A DNA stretch of 58,533 bases from an uncultured Clostridia bacterium (GTDB lineage Bacteria > Bacillota > Clostridia > TANB77 > CAG-508), in contig CALXUX010000012.1 in the NCBI GenBank assembly GCA_944391785.1, positions 1 to 58,533 of the forward strand, in the 5' to 3' direction. Of this stretch, positions 18,641 to 26,302 are shown one piece after another. The notes below the pieces were generated by a model. The model did no database searches. It saw only the letters and a program-made list of their open reading frames with translations, and was not told where the DNA came from. Each line of letters begins with the position of its first letter. Within the stretch, counting starts at the first letter, position 1. The translations under genes were made by a program, and so were the position numbers.

Positions 18641-18700
18641 TTAATATTTTAGAAGAAGAGTTAAAATCAATTGAAGTAAAATCCCAAAAGTATACCTGAA
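18641..18700. repeat. 60-bp duplicate of the 3' end of ORF 20461..20808
   Basis: 18641-18700 versus 20750-20809: ttaatattttaga[a/g]gaaga[g/a]tta[a/g]aatcaattgaagtaaaat[c/t]ccaaaagtatacctgaa. 4 mismatches in 60. Confidence 0.8.
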
Positions 18701-18790
18701 TGAAATAGTATCTTCATATCCTTCACATATAATGCATATCTTTTTGCCTTTATATTTTCTCATCTTCCACCTCCAATAAGGTAGAAATTT

Positions 18791-18845
18791 TGGGACAGGT
18801 CTTTTGATTTTTGGTCAGTTGTGACCAGGTCACGGTTAACCATTT
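18791..18845. repeat. 55-bp palindrome-rich repeat, left copy
   Basis: tgggacaggtcttttgatttttggtcagttgtgaccaggtcacggttaaccattt. 51/55 identical to 20316-20370. Contains GGTCA-N4-TGACC-N1-GGTCA half-site palindromes. The NUDIX stop codon lies inside it. Confidence 0.8.
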
Positions 18846-19294
18846 CTCTGTTCTTTATTAAATTTATATATTAATAGTGTTGTTCTTATTTCTTGTGATA
18901 TATTATTTTCAGTTTCTATATCATTTAAGCTCAACCATTTATAGTTTTCGTGTTCTGTTAATAATATTGGTCCACCCGTGACTTCAATTTTAAAATTAAA
19001 TTGCCTACATTTTTTGCCATTTTGTGATAAATAATCGAATTTGTCTATATATGAATTAACTTTGTTTATATCTAAATTTGTTTCTTCTTTTATTTCTCGC
19101 AGTAAAGCACTTAAAATTTTTTCTCCTTTTTCAATCTTTCCTCCAGGTATTTCATATATTCCTCCCATAAAATCGTTTGATTTTCTTTTAACTAAAAAAA
19201 TATCTCCTTTTTTATTAGTTATGATAGCTCCTACTACAAATTTTTCGATTCCGTCAGCTTTCGCATTTTTTTCTAAAAAATCATAAAAGTTCAT
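18836..19294 (-). CDS. NUDIX hydrolase
   Basis: 152 aa with Nudix box GGKIEKGEKILSALLREIKEETNL (GX5EX7REUXEEXGU). Confidence 0.85.
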   Translation of the reverse strand: MNFYDFLEKNAKADGIEKFVVGAIITNKKGDIFLVKRKSNDFMGGIYEIPGGKIEKGEKILSALLREIKEETNLDINKVNSYIDKFDYLSQNGKKCRQFNFKIEVTGGPILLTEHENYKWLSLNDIETENNISQEIRTTLLIYKFNKEQRNG

Positions 19295-19321
19295 TCTTTA
19301 TACTCCTTATACTTTTATAAA

Positions 19322-20092
19322 TTATAATTTTTCTATTCTATAAGCCAATTCTAAAGCAAGTATTGGCACTTTGGTTTTTTTATCAAAATTTGATAATTGA
19401 GTTATGCTTCTTGCTTCCCATTTGGCAGAATCTAAATTATCTCCTGCATAATAGAAAGTGAAATAGTGTAATTTTTTATATTTACAGACTGCAGCAATTG
19501 AAGCTCCCTCCATTTCTACACAAATCACACCTTCGTTTTTATACATTTCTATTTTTTCTTTAGTTTCTCTATAAAAAGCATCAGTTGTCCATGTTGCTCC
19601 TTCTTTATGTTCAAAACTATATTCTTTTAATATTGTTTTAAATAAATCTATATATTTATTGTCTAATTCAATATATTTTGAGTCTGGTAAATAATGATAA
19701 CTTGTACCTTCATCTCTATATGCTTTATTAGGGATTATAATTGAACAATCTTCAATACTTTTATCTAAAACCCCACAATTTCCAAATATAATAAATGTGT
19801 CAATATTATTAACATTCAATTCCTCTATATCGTTACTTATCCAAGGTCCACTAATTCCTGCTTGAAACAATGTTATTTTTATATCCTTATAATTAGTTAT
19901 ATATACTGGACGTTTTTCTGTTAATTCTCCAACTTTTTTACATTCGAATTTTTCCACAATATCATTTAATAAGTATTCTGAAAAGACCCCAATAGCTATA
20001 TGTGGTAATATAATACTAGAATCACGAACCCCGGAAAGATTTTTAATGCCTTGAGGTTTTATAAATCCTTCTTCATTACTATATAATATCAT
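19322..20092 (-). CDS. nucleoside phosphorylase, PNP/UDP family 1
   Basis: 256 aa. ...IIFGNCGVL..., ...VICVEMEGASIAAVC..., and overall size typical of uridine/purine nucleoside phosphorylase-like proteins. Confidence 0.75.
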   Translation of the reverse strand: MILYSNEEGFIKPQGIKNLSGVRDSSIILPHIAIGVFSEYLLNDIVEKFECKKVGELTEKRPVYITNYKDIKITLFQAGISGPWISNDIEELNVNNIDTFIIFGNCGVLDKSIEDCSIIIPNKAYRDEGTSYHYLPDSKYIELDNKYIDLFKTILKEYSFEHKEGATWTTDAFYRETKEKIEMYKNEGVICVEMEGASIAAVCKYKKLHYFTFYYAGDNLDSAKWEARSITQLSNFDKKTKVPILALELAYRIEKL

Positions 20093-20263
20093 ATTTAAAT
20101 TCCTCCTATAAATTACTCTCTTTAGATATGACTATTACTTCTTTAATGCTATTAGAATACCTTTTTTGAGTGATAATTACCTTCTACTTTAACTTTTCTA
20201 AAGTAATTCTTCCATAATTCTTATCTTCTAAATATAAACTTTAATGGCATTATATCATATTGG

Positions 20264-20370
20264 TTTGATTTTGGTCAATCTGGGACAGGTCCCTATTAAC
20301 CATTTTTGGTCATTCTGGGACAGGTCTTTTGATTTTTGGTCAATTATGACCTGGTCACAGTTAACCATTT
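20264..20370. repeat. cluster of the same palindrome-rich repeat (one full 55-bp copy at 20316-20370 plus a shortened copy at 20281-20305)
   Basis: tttgattttggtcaatc-tgggacaggtccctattaaccattt-ttggtcattc-tgggacaggtcttttgatttttggtcaattatgacctggtcacagttaaccattt. Confidence 0.8.
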
Positions 20371-20460
20371 GCTATCTTTGTGACAATTAAATTTGACTTT
20401 TTAATTATTTTAATATATATTTTTAAAAATAAATATTTTTTATAGGAGGGATTTAGGCTT

Positions 20461-20808
20461 ATGTCTATTCGTATGCTTTTTTTAAAACGGTATAAAAAGA
20501 TTACATTAAAAAAGATATTCGAATTAAAAGAAAATTACGCTTCAATTGTCCAAATTTCTGATTTTTCTAAGCAAAGTGCAGATGAACTAACTTCACATAT
20601 TAATATCCTTTTGAAAAGGGCTGAATCTGGAGGTGAGTTTTATGTTAATGCTTTAAGATGTGATTATAATGGGCTAATAAATAAGAGAAATAAATATTTA
20701 GCAAGTTATGCTCTATACAAACAACAAGCACTTAACATATTAACAAAAATTAATATTTTAGAGGAAGAATTAGAATCAATTGAAGTAAAATTCCAAAAGT
20801 ATACCTGA
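20461..20808 (+). CDS. hypothetical protein (115 aa, predicted helical)
   Basis: AGGAGGGA RBS 8-9 nt upstream of the ATG, and a strong terminator downstream. No recognisable motif. One in-frame CGG (AAA CGG TAT). Confidence 0.5.
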   Translation: MSIRMLFLKRYKKITLKKIFELKENYASIVQISDFSKQSADELTSHINILLKRAESGGEFYVNALRCDYNGLINKRNKYLASYALYKQQALNILTKINILEEELESIEVKFQKYT

Positions 20809-20810
20809 AA

Positions 20811-20880
20811 TAGGAACTTTGAACGCAAAAAATCCATTTGAGGACTTTATCTCCAAATGGATTTTTTGAAAGTTCCTATA
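20811..20880. terminator. bidirectional nested hairpin terminator
   Basis: Outer arms taggaactttgaa / ttgaaagttccta. Inner stem aatccatttg / caaatggatt, flanked by A-run and T-run. Lies between convergent genes 20461..20808 (+) and 20950..22191 (-). Confidence 0.75.
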
Positions 20881-20949
20881 TTCACATTTTTAAATTTCTT
20901 ATAGTCACATTTTTGCATTAATCTAAAGAATGTTCCAATATTGATTTTT

Positions 20950-22191
20950 TTAATTATTTTTATCTTTATACATCTTAACCATATCTTTAAAAGTCATTTT
21001 TGTTCCATAGTTTAAAATAGCATTTGAATATATTTTTATTGCAACTTTTGCTATTATTAAAATAGTAACAATCAATATTGCAATTGATATTAAAACATCT
21101 GTAACACTTGCTATCCCCATCATTATTCTAAATGGCATACAAAATGGTGATGAGAATGGAAACATTGATGCAAATACATTTAGTGAACTTGTTGGGTTCA
21201 TCATTGTAAAGTATGATAGATAAAATCCTATTACTGCAAGTATTGCAACCGGTGTATTTGCTGATTGGATGTCTTCTGGTTTGCTTACTGTTGAGCCTGT
21301 AAGTGCATATAATAGTGCATATGTAAAATATCCTAAGATGAAGTACATTATAGTTATAACTCCAAGAGTTGGTGTTATTTTAGACATATCTAGTACAGAT
21401 TCAAGTAACCCTGGCTCTAAGAATATTTTTGCAGATATTAGGCTTGCTGCTACTATAACACATACTTGAACAAGTCCAACAATTCCTATTCCTATAGTTT
21501 TTCCAAGTACAATTGTTTTTGGAGATGCACTTGTTACAAGTGTTTCCATTATTTTTGATGTTTTTTCTGTTGTAATTGAGCTTGAAACCTGATATGCGCA
21601 AAAATATATTGCATAAAATAATACTATTGAAAGCATCATCATAACAAATAAATTTCCACTTACCTTTTGCTCTTCTGTTTGTTCCATACTAAATTCGAAA
21701 TTTGGTGTAATTGATTGAATTTGTTCTTCTGTTAAACCTAATTTTGAAATTTGCAAGTTACTGTATGTTTGGTTTATTGCATTTACTAAATCTTCTGGAA
21801 CACTTGTTACAGTCGCCATATTTTTTACTATATATCTTATTTTCATATTGCCTGTTTCTGGCTTTTCTATTATCATTGCTTCATTTATTTCTTTGGCTTC
21901 AATTTGATTTTTAATATCATCTAAACTTAAATTTTCTGTTGTCACCTTCACTTCATAGCCTAAGTTTAACTCGTTTATTGAATCTAGTGTTCCTTCAAAT
22001 ATATTTTGACTATCTACTATTAGTATTGTATTATTTGCATTTTCAGTTTCATTGCTAAATAAATTTATAATATTTGGTATGTTAAAACCTAAAACTATTA
22101 AAATTAATATTATTAATGTTGATATTATAAATGATTTTCTTTTTACCATATCTTTTATTGTAAAATTTATTACAGTTTTTAAATCTCTCAT
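20950..22191 (-). CDS. ABC-2 type transporter permease (NatB/YhaP-like)
   Basis: Start at MRDLKTVINF (GGAGGTTAAT upstream). N-terminal TM, about 150-aa extracytoplasmic domain, then 5 C-terminal TM helices. No cognate ATPase gene is adjacent. Confidence 0.75.
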   Translation of the reverse strand: MRDLKTVINFTIKDMVKRKSFIISTLIILILIVLGFNIPNIINLFSNETENANNTILIVDSQNIFEGTLDSINELNLGYEVKVTTENLSLDDIKNQIEAKEINEAMIIEKPETGNMKIRYIVKNMATVTSVPEDLVNAINQTYSNLQISKLGLTEEQIQSITPNFEFSMEQTEEQKVSGNLFVMMMLSIVLFYAIYFCAYQVSSSITTEKTSKIMETLVTSASPKTIVLGKTIGIGIVGLVQVCVIVAASLISAKIFLEPGLLESVLDMSKITPTLGVITIMYFILGYFTYALLYALTGSTVSKPEDIQSANTPVAILAVIGFYLSYFTMMNPTSSLNVFASMFPFSSPFCMPFRIMMGIASVTDVLISIAILIVTILIIAKVAIKIYSNAILNYGTKMTFKDMVKMYKDKNN

Positions 22192-22278
22192 ATTAACCTC
22201 CATTCCGTCGCTTCGCTTGGCACAAAGTGCCATGAAAAATTAGCGACATTTTTGTTTCTTTATTTAATTTCCATAACA

Positions 22279-22287
22279 TGATATAAT
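22279..22287 (+). promoter_or_regulatory. extended -10 promoter element TGATATAAT inside the IS left end
   Basis: Exact TGnTATAAT match about 230 nt upstream of the transposase start. Confidence 0.4.
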
Positions 22288-22296
22288 ACTTCCTAG

Positions 22297-22500
22297 AATA
22301 TATAAATAAACTACAGAACACGGAGGGGTGAGTAGAAGATTATCTCATCCATTAGGATAAAAATCCGCATATTAACAGGTGTCGAATATCTTTACAAGCA
22401 CAAATAAGTGGCGCGATAGAGCCTGAACACTAATCATTGTTAAACATATTCTCTGTTTGGTGGCTAGATATTCAGTCAATGTTTATATATTCTTAATTTT
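22297..22500 (+). ncRNA. candidate IS110 bridge (guide) RNA in the left non-coding end
   Basis: A non-coding stretch clearly GC-richer than its surroundings, with local hairpins (GGGGTGAG-tagaagattat-CTCATCC; GGAT-aaaa-ATCC). It sits where IS110-subgroup elements encode their bridge RNA. Structure was not verified. Confidence 0.4.
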
Positions 22501-22520
22501 TTTATGGGAGGTATATACCA

Positions 22521-23789
22521 ATGTTAAAAATTGTATATCCTATTTGTTGTGGAGTCGATGTCCACAAGAGGTTTATTATTGCAACAATTGCAACTACAAA
22601 TGATGAAAATATTACTTCTTATCTTACTAAAAGATTTGATACATATACAGAAGACCTTGTCGCATTTAAAGACTGGTTACTTGAACATAACTGCAAAGAT
22701 GTTTGTATGGAATCTACTGGTAAGTATTACATCCCTGTTTACAACATTTTAGAAGATTATGTTAAAGTTACTGTCGCCAATCCTAAATACGTCAAGGCCA
22801 TCCGTGGTAAAAAAACTGATAAGAAAGACTCTATTTGGATTGCTGACTTATTCAAACATGATTTAGTTCCTGGAAGCTATATTCCACCTAAACCAATTAG
22901 AATGCTACGTGAATTGTTCCGCTATCGCTTCAAGTTAGTAAACAATCGTAGCTCTGAAAGAAACCGTTTACAAAATTGCTTAACCGTTTCTAACATCCAA
23001 CTAGCTTCTGTTCTTACAGATATGACAGGAAAGTCTGCCACATCTATTATTAATTATATCACAACTTGTGAAACTTTTGACCCAGAATATTGTAAATCTT
23101 TATTACAAAAATCTGCTAAAAAGAAATCTGATGATGTTATTAAATCTATTGTTGGATACTCTATTTCTAGCGAACAATCTACTAAAATTGATGTGTGCAA
23201 AAAACATCAAGATAATTTAGATGAGCATATTCAATCAATTCAAGATAAATTATATGAACTTGCTAAACCTTACGAAAAACAAATTAATCACATTTGTACT
23301 TGCCCTGGTTTTAGAAAAGATTCTGCAATTTACACTATTGCTGAAATTGGTGTTGATATGACTGCCTTTAAATCAGCTAAGCACCTTTGCTCTTGGGCTG
23401 GTCTTACTCCTCAAAATAATGAAAGTGCTGGTAAAAAGAAATCTGTACATATCAGTAGAGCTGGTGTTTATCTTAAACCACTTCTTGTTGAATGTGCTAA
23501 CAATGCAATCAAAAATAAAAACAATACATATTTTAAAGTTAAATATGACAGAATCAAGAAACGTCGTGGACATAAACGAGCTATTGTAGCTATTGCTCGT
23601 ATGATGCTTACTTGCGTTTACCATATGCTTCTAAAAGACGAAGATTTCAATCCTTGTGATTTTAACTATTCTGATATACCAGAAGAAGTTTTAGAAAATC
23701 ATAAACAAAAATATATTGATAATGCAATTTTCTTATTACAAAAACAAGGATTTACTATCACCAAAGATGATGTTATTTATGCAATTTAA
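22521..23789 (+). CDS. IS110 family transposase (DEDD RuvC-like N-domain plus Tnp_20 C-domain)
   Basis: 422 aa. MLKIVYPICCGVDVHK..., CMESTGKYY, DKKDSIWIADL, and C-terminal PGFRKDSAIYTIAEIG...LCSWAGLTPQNNESAGKKK. RBS GGGAGG upstream. Confidence 0.92.
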   Translation: MLKIVYPICCGVDVHKRFIIATIATTNDENITSYLTKRFDTYTEDLVAFKDWLLEHNCKDVCMESTGKYYIPVYNILEDYVKVTVANPKYVKAIRGKKTDKKDSIWIADLFKHDLVPGSYIPPKPIRMLRELFRYRFKLVNNRSSERNRLQNCLTVSNIQLASVLTDMTGKSATSIINYITTCETFDPEYCKSLLQKSAKKKSDDVIKSIVGYSISSEQSTKIDVCKKHQDNLDEHIQSIQDKLYELAKPYEKQINHICTCPGFRKDSAIYTIAEIGVDMTAFKSAKHLCSWAGLTPQNNESAGKKKSVHISRAGVYLKPLLVECANNAIKNKNNTYFKVKYDRIKKRRGHKRAIVAIARMMLTCVYHMLLKDEDFNPCDFNYSDIPEEVLENHKQKYIDNAIFLLQKQGFTITKDDVIYAI

Positions 23790-24173
23790 ACCTCATTAAA
23801 ATATTTAATTATATATTTATTTTCAAACAGTAGCCTGTTTTTAAAAATTTTAATCGCTACTGTTATTAATCATGCTCTTTTTTAACTTTTTATTTTTCAC
23901 ACTAGCCTCCTTATAATTATTATTTAATTAAATTTTTTTCTTTAAAAAGTCACATCAATTAAGATTATTAACAAAAATTAGTTACTTATATTAATATAAC
24001 ATAAAAATTAATTTCCGTCTATTTTTTATAATAATTTGAATTTTTTTAATTCAATTTTAAAAATAAATTTGCAAAATAAGACTTATTTTTCATTTTTTAA
24101 AATTTTTATTAAAAAATTTGTAATAAAATAAAAGAATTTGGAGAAAATAATTTTTGAATAAGGAGGTGAAAGA

Positions 24174-25298
24174 ATGAAAAAAACAAATAAATTTTTAATA
24201 TTTTTAATCGCAATAGTTACTATGTTATTTATAGTACCAACTTTCAGTAATGCCGCAACAATATCTGTAAAAGATGAAGAAAGTTTAAATGATGCAGTTT
24301 CAAGAGCTAATGTAGGAGATATAATTACTCTAGAAAATAATATAACTGTAACTAAACCAATAGTTATAGCCAAAGAACTTACTATTATGGGTAATGGTTA
24401 TACAGTAACAGGATCTAGTGATTGGACATCAACATCAGGAAACCAAACAATGTTTACTGCTCAAGCTTCTAGTGCAAAACTTACACTTAAAAATATAAAC
24501 TTACAAAATGGTCCAAAATATGGTGTGCAATCATATGATGGTGCAACTGTAATATTAGATGATGTTTCAATAACAGGATTTAAATATGGTGGTGTTCTTG
24601 CAAATGGTGGTAGTGTTGAGGTAGTAAATTTACATTTAGGATATAATGGTACTAATTCTAACAATGGTATTGAAATAGATAAAGGTTCAGCTGCAACTCA
24701 TAATCCAAGTTTAGTAATGAATGGTGTATTAGTATCTGATACAACTGAAAATGTTGTACGTATCGCAGAAAATGGTTACCTTACAGAATTTACTATAACA
24801 AATAGTTCTACTACAACAAATAAAGTAGTTATAGCCGGAAATACAGTAGCTTTAACAGATGCAAATGACAATATTATTGCTGAATCAACTATACCTGATA
24901 AAGCAACTGCAAATACAGATGTAAAAAAAGTAATAGTAACTCTTATTTCAAATGGTGAAACAAATAAAATAGCAGTAGACTCTGGTAAAACAATTACTCA
25001 AGATTTCTTAAAATCACACATCAACATACCAGAAAACTACCAATTAGACGGATTCTATATAGATGCTCAATATTCAAATGAATTTGATTTTAATAATCCT
25101 TTAAATTCTGATACAACAATATATGCAAAAATTTCTGAAATACCAACTGTCACACCAGCCCCTGAAATACCTGCAGAACCTGAAAAAGATGAAACACCAA
25201 AAACAGGTATTCAAAATTATATGGGAATTTCTTTATTAGTAATTATTTTATCAACAATAGCTTTTATTTATACTAAGAAAAAGGATATAAAAGGATAG
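24174..25298 (+). CDS. sortase-anchored surface protein: signal peptide, right-handed beta-helix-like region, Listeria-Bacteroides (Flg_new) repeat, TPKTG sorting signal
   Basis: MKKTNKFLIFLIAIVTMLFIVPTFSNA signal. GNGYTVTG...NGGSVEVVN...NNGIEIDKGS repeats. ...YQLDGFYIDAQYSNEFDFNNPLNSDTTIYAKI. C-terminus ETPKTG plus hydrophobic stretch plus KKKDIKG. AAGGAGGTGA RBS. Confidence 0.8.
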   Translation: MKKTNKFLIFLIAIVTMLFIVPTFSNAATISVKDEESLNDAVSRANVGDIITLENNITVTKPIVIAKELTIMGNGYTVTGSSDWTSTSGNQTMFTAQASSAKLTLKNINLQNGPKYGVQSYDGATVILDDVSITGFKYGGVLANGGSVEVVNLHLGYNGTNSNNGIEIDKGSAATHNPSLVMNGVLVSDTTENVVRIAENGYLTEFTITNSSTTTNKVVIAGNTVALTDANDNIIAESTIPDKATANTDVKKVIVTLISNGETNKIAVDSGKTITQDFLKSHINIPENYQLDGFYIDAQYSNEFDFNNPLNSDTTIYAKISEIPTVTPAPEIPAEPEKDETPKTGIQNYMGISLLVIILSTIAFIYTKKKDIKG

Positions 25299-25320
25299 GC
25301 ACATTTTAGTCTATCCTTTT
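25290..25320 (+). terminator. hairpin terminator/attenuator between the surface-protein and sortase genes
   Basis: AAAGGATAGgcacattttagtCTATCCTTTT. 9-bp perfect stem overlapping the stop codon, followed by TTTT. Confidence 0.5.
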
Positions 25321-25334
25321 AATGTGAAAATTCT

Positions 25335-26240
25335 ATGAAAAGATTGTCTATGAAAAATAGAAAGTTATTGTATAAATTTATATATATTATATTATCTTTA
25401 TTTATCATTATATCAATAATATATATTTTTAATTTTTTCTTATTAAGAAAAGAAGCTATTGAAGAGTCAAATTTATTAAATTTTATTGCTGTAGATACAC
25501 AAAATTATAATAATATTTCTGAAAATTCAAATTTAACTAATACTGAAAATTTAAATACCACTAGTTCAGATAATTTAAATACAACTAATGAGAATATTGT
25601 ATCAGATCAATTATTAGAAAATAATACAAAAATTTTTACAGAACAAAATGTAAAAACAGAAAGAATGAGCCAAGTAGAAAGTTTAAAAAAAGAAAATCCA
25701 GATATTGTTGGTTGGCTTGAAATACCTGATACTACTATAAATTATCCTGTATTACAAGGCACAGATAATGAATATTATATGACACATAATTATAAAAGGG
25801 AAAAATCTAAAAATGGTTCCATTTTTTTGTCAAAAGATTATGATTTTAGTATTACAAGTAGTAATTTGTTAATATATGGCCACAATTTAGGAAATGGAAC
25901 AATGTTTCAACCTTTATTAAATTATGAAAATAAAAATTATTATTTAAAACATCCTAAAATTCGTTTTACAACAGTAAATGATGATTCTGAATATGAAATA
26001 ATTTCTGCTTTTAAATCAAGAGTTTATTATAAAAAAGAAAAAAATGTTTTTAGATATTATTACTTTATAAATGCAAACAATGAAAGTGAATATAATGAAT
26101 TTGTTCAAAATACAAAAAATGCGTCTTTGTATGAAACTGGAAAAACAGCAATATATGGAGATCAGCTTCTTACTCTTTCTACTTGTTCATATTATGTTAA
26201 AGATGGCCGATTTGCTGTTGTTGCACGAAAAATAGAATAA
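25335..26240 (+). CDS. srtB: class B sortase
   Basis: N-terminal TM. ...TTINYPVLQGTDNEYYMTHNY..., LIYGHNL, catalytic TLSTC, and a C-terminal Arg (RFAVVARK). Confidence 0.82.
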   Translation: MKRLSMKNRKLLYKFIYIILSLFIIISIIYIFNFFLLRKEAIEESNLLNFIAVDTQNYNNISENSNLTNTENLNTTSSDNLNTTNENIVSDQLLENNTKIFTEQNVKTERMSQVESLKKENPDIVGWLEIPDTTINYPVLQGTDNEYYMTHNYKREKSKNGSIFLSKDYDFSITSSNLLIYGHNLGNGTMFQPLLNYENKNYYLKHPKIRFTTVNDDSEYEIISAFKSRVYYKKEKNVFRYYYFINANNESEYNEFVQNTKNASLYETGKTAIYGDQLLTLSTCSYYVKDGRFAVVARKIE

Positions 26241-26248
26241 ATTTAAAA

Positions 26249-26283
26249 AATAGAATGTATAATGCTAAAGTTTACATTCTATT
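26249..26283. terminator. bidirectional terminator
   Basis: AATAGAATGTA-taatgctaaagtt-TACATTCTATT with flanking A/T runs, between convergent srtB (+) and argS (-). Confidence 0.7.
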
Positions 26284-26302
26284 TTTTAATTTATCTTTGT
26301 TA

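Larger units (their letters stand above)
22250..23880 (+). mobile_element. IS110-family insertion sequence (boundaries approximate)
   Basis: Transposase ORF with a long GC-richer 5' non-coding region and a short 3' non-coding end. No terminal inverted repeats, as expected for IS110. Ends could not be fixed from a single copy. Confidence 0.7.

Noticed and set aside
22235-23849. 7-bp direct repeat AAAAATT near both IS ends as a target-site duplication
   Set aside because: An A/T heptamer match is not significant in DNA this AT-rich, and IS110 elements typically make no such duplication.
23860-23915. Tiny minus-strand ORF (AAGGAGG-GTG: VKNKKLKKSMINNSSD*) at the right IS junction, as the 5' stub of an interrupted gene
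   Set aside because: Only about 60 nt remain on the other side of the IS before the permease start, so a simple insertion into a full-length gene cannot be reconstructed. It may be coincidental.
24083-24373. Minus-strand 96-aa ORF overlapping the start of the surface-protein gene
   Set aside because: It is antisense to a gene with a strong RBS and signal peptide, and has no features of its own.
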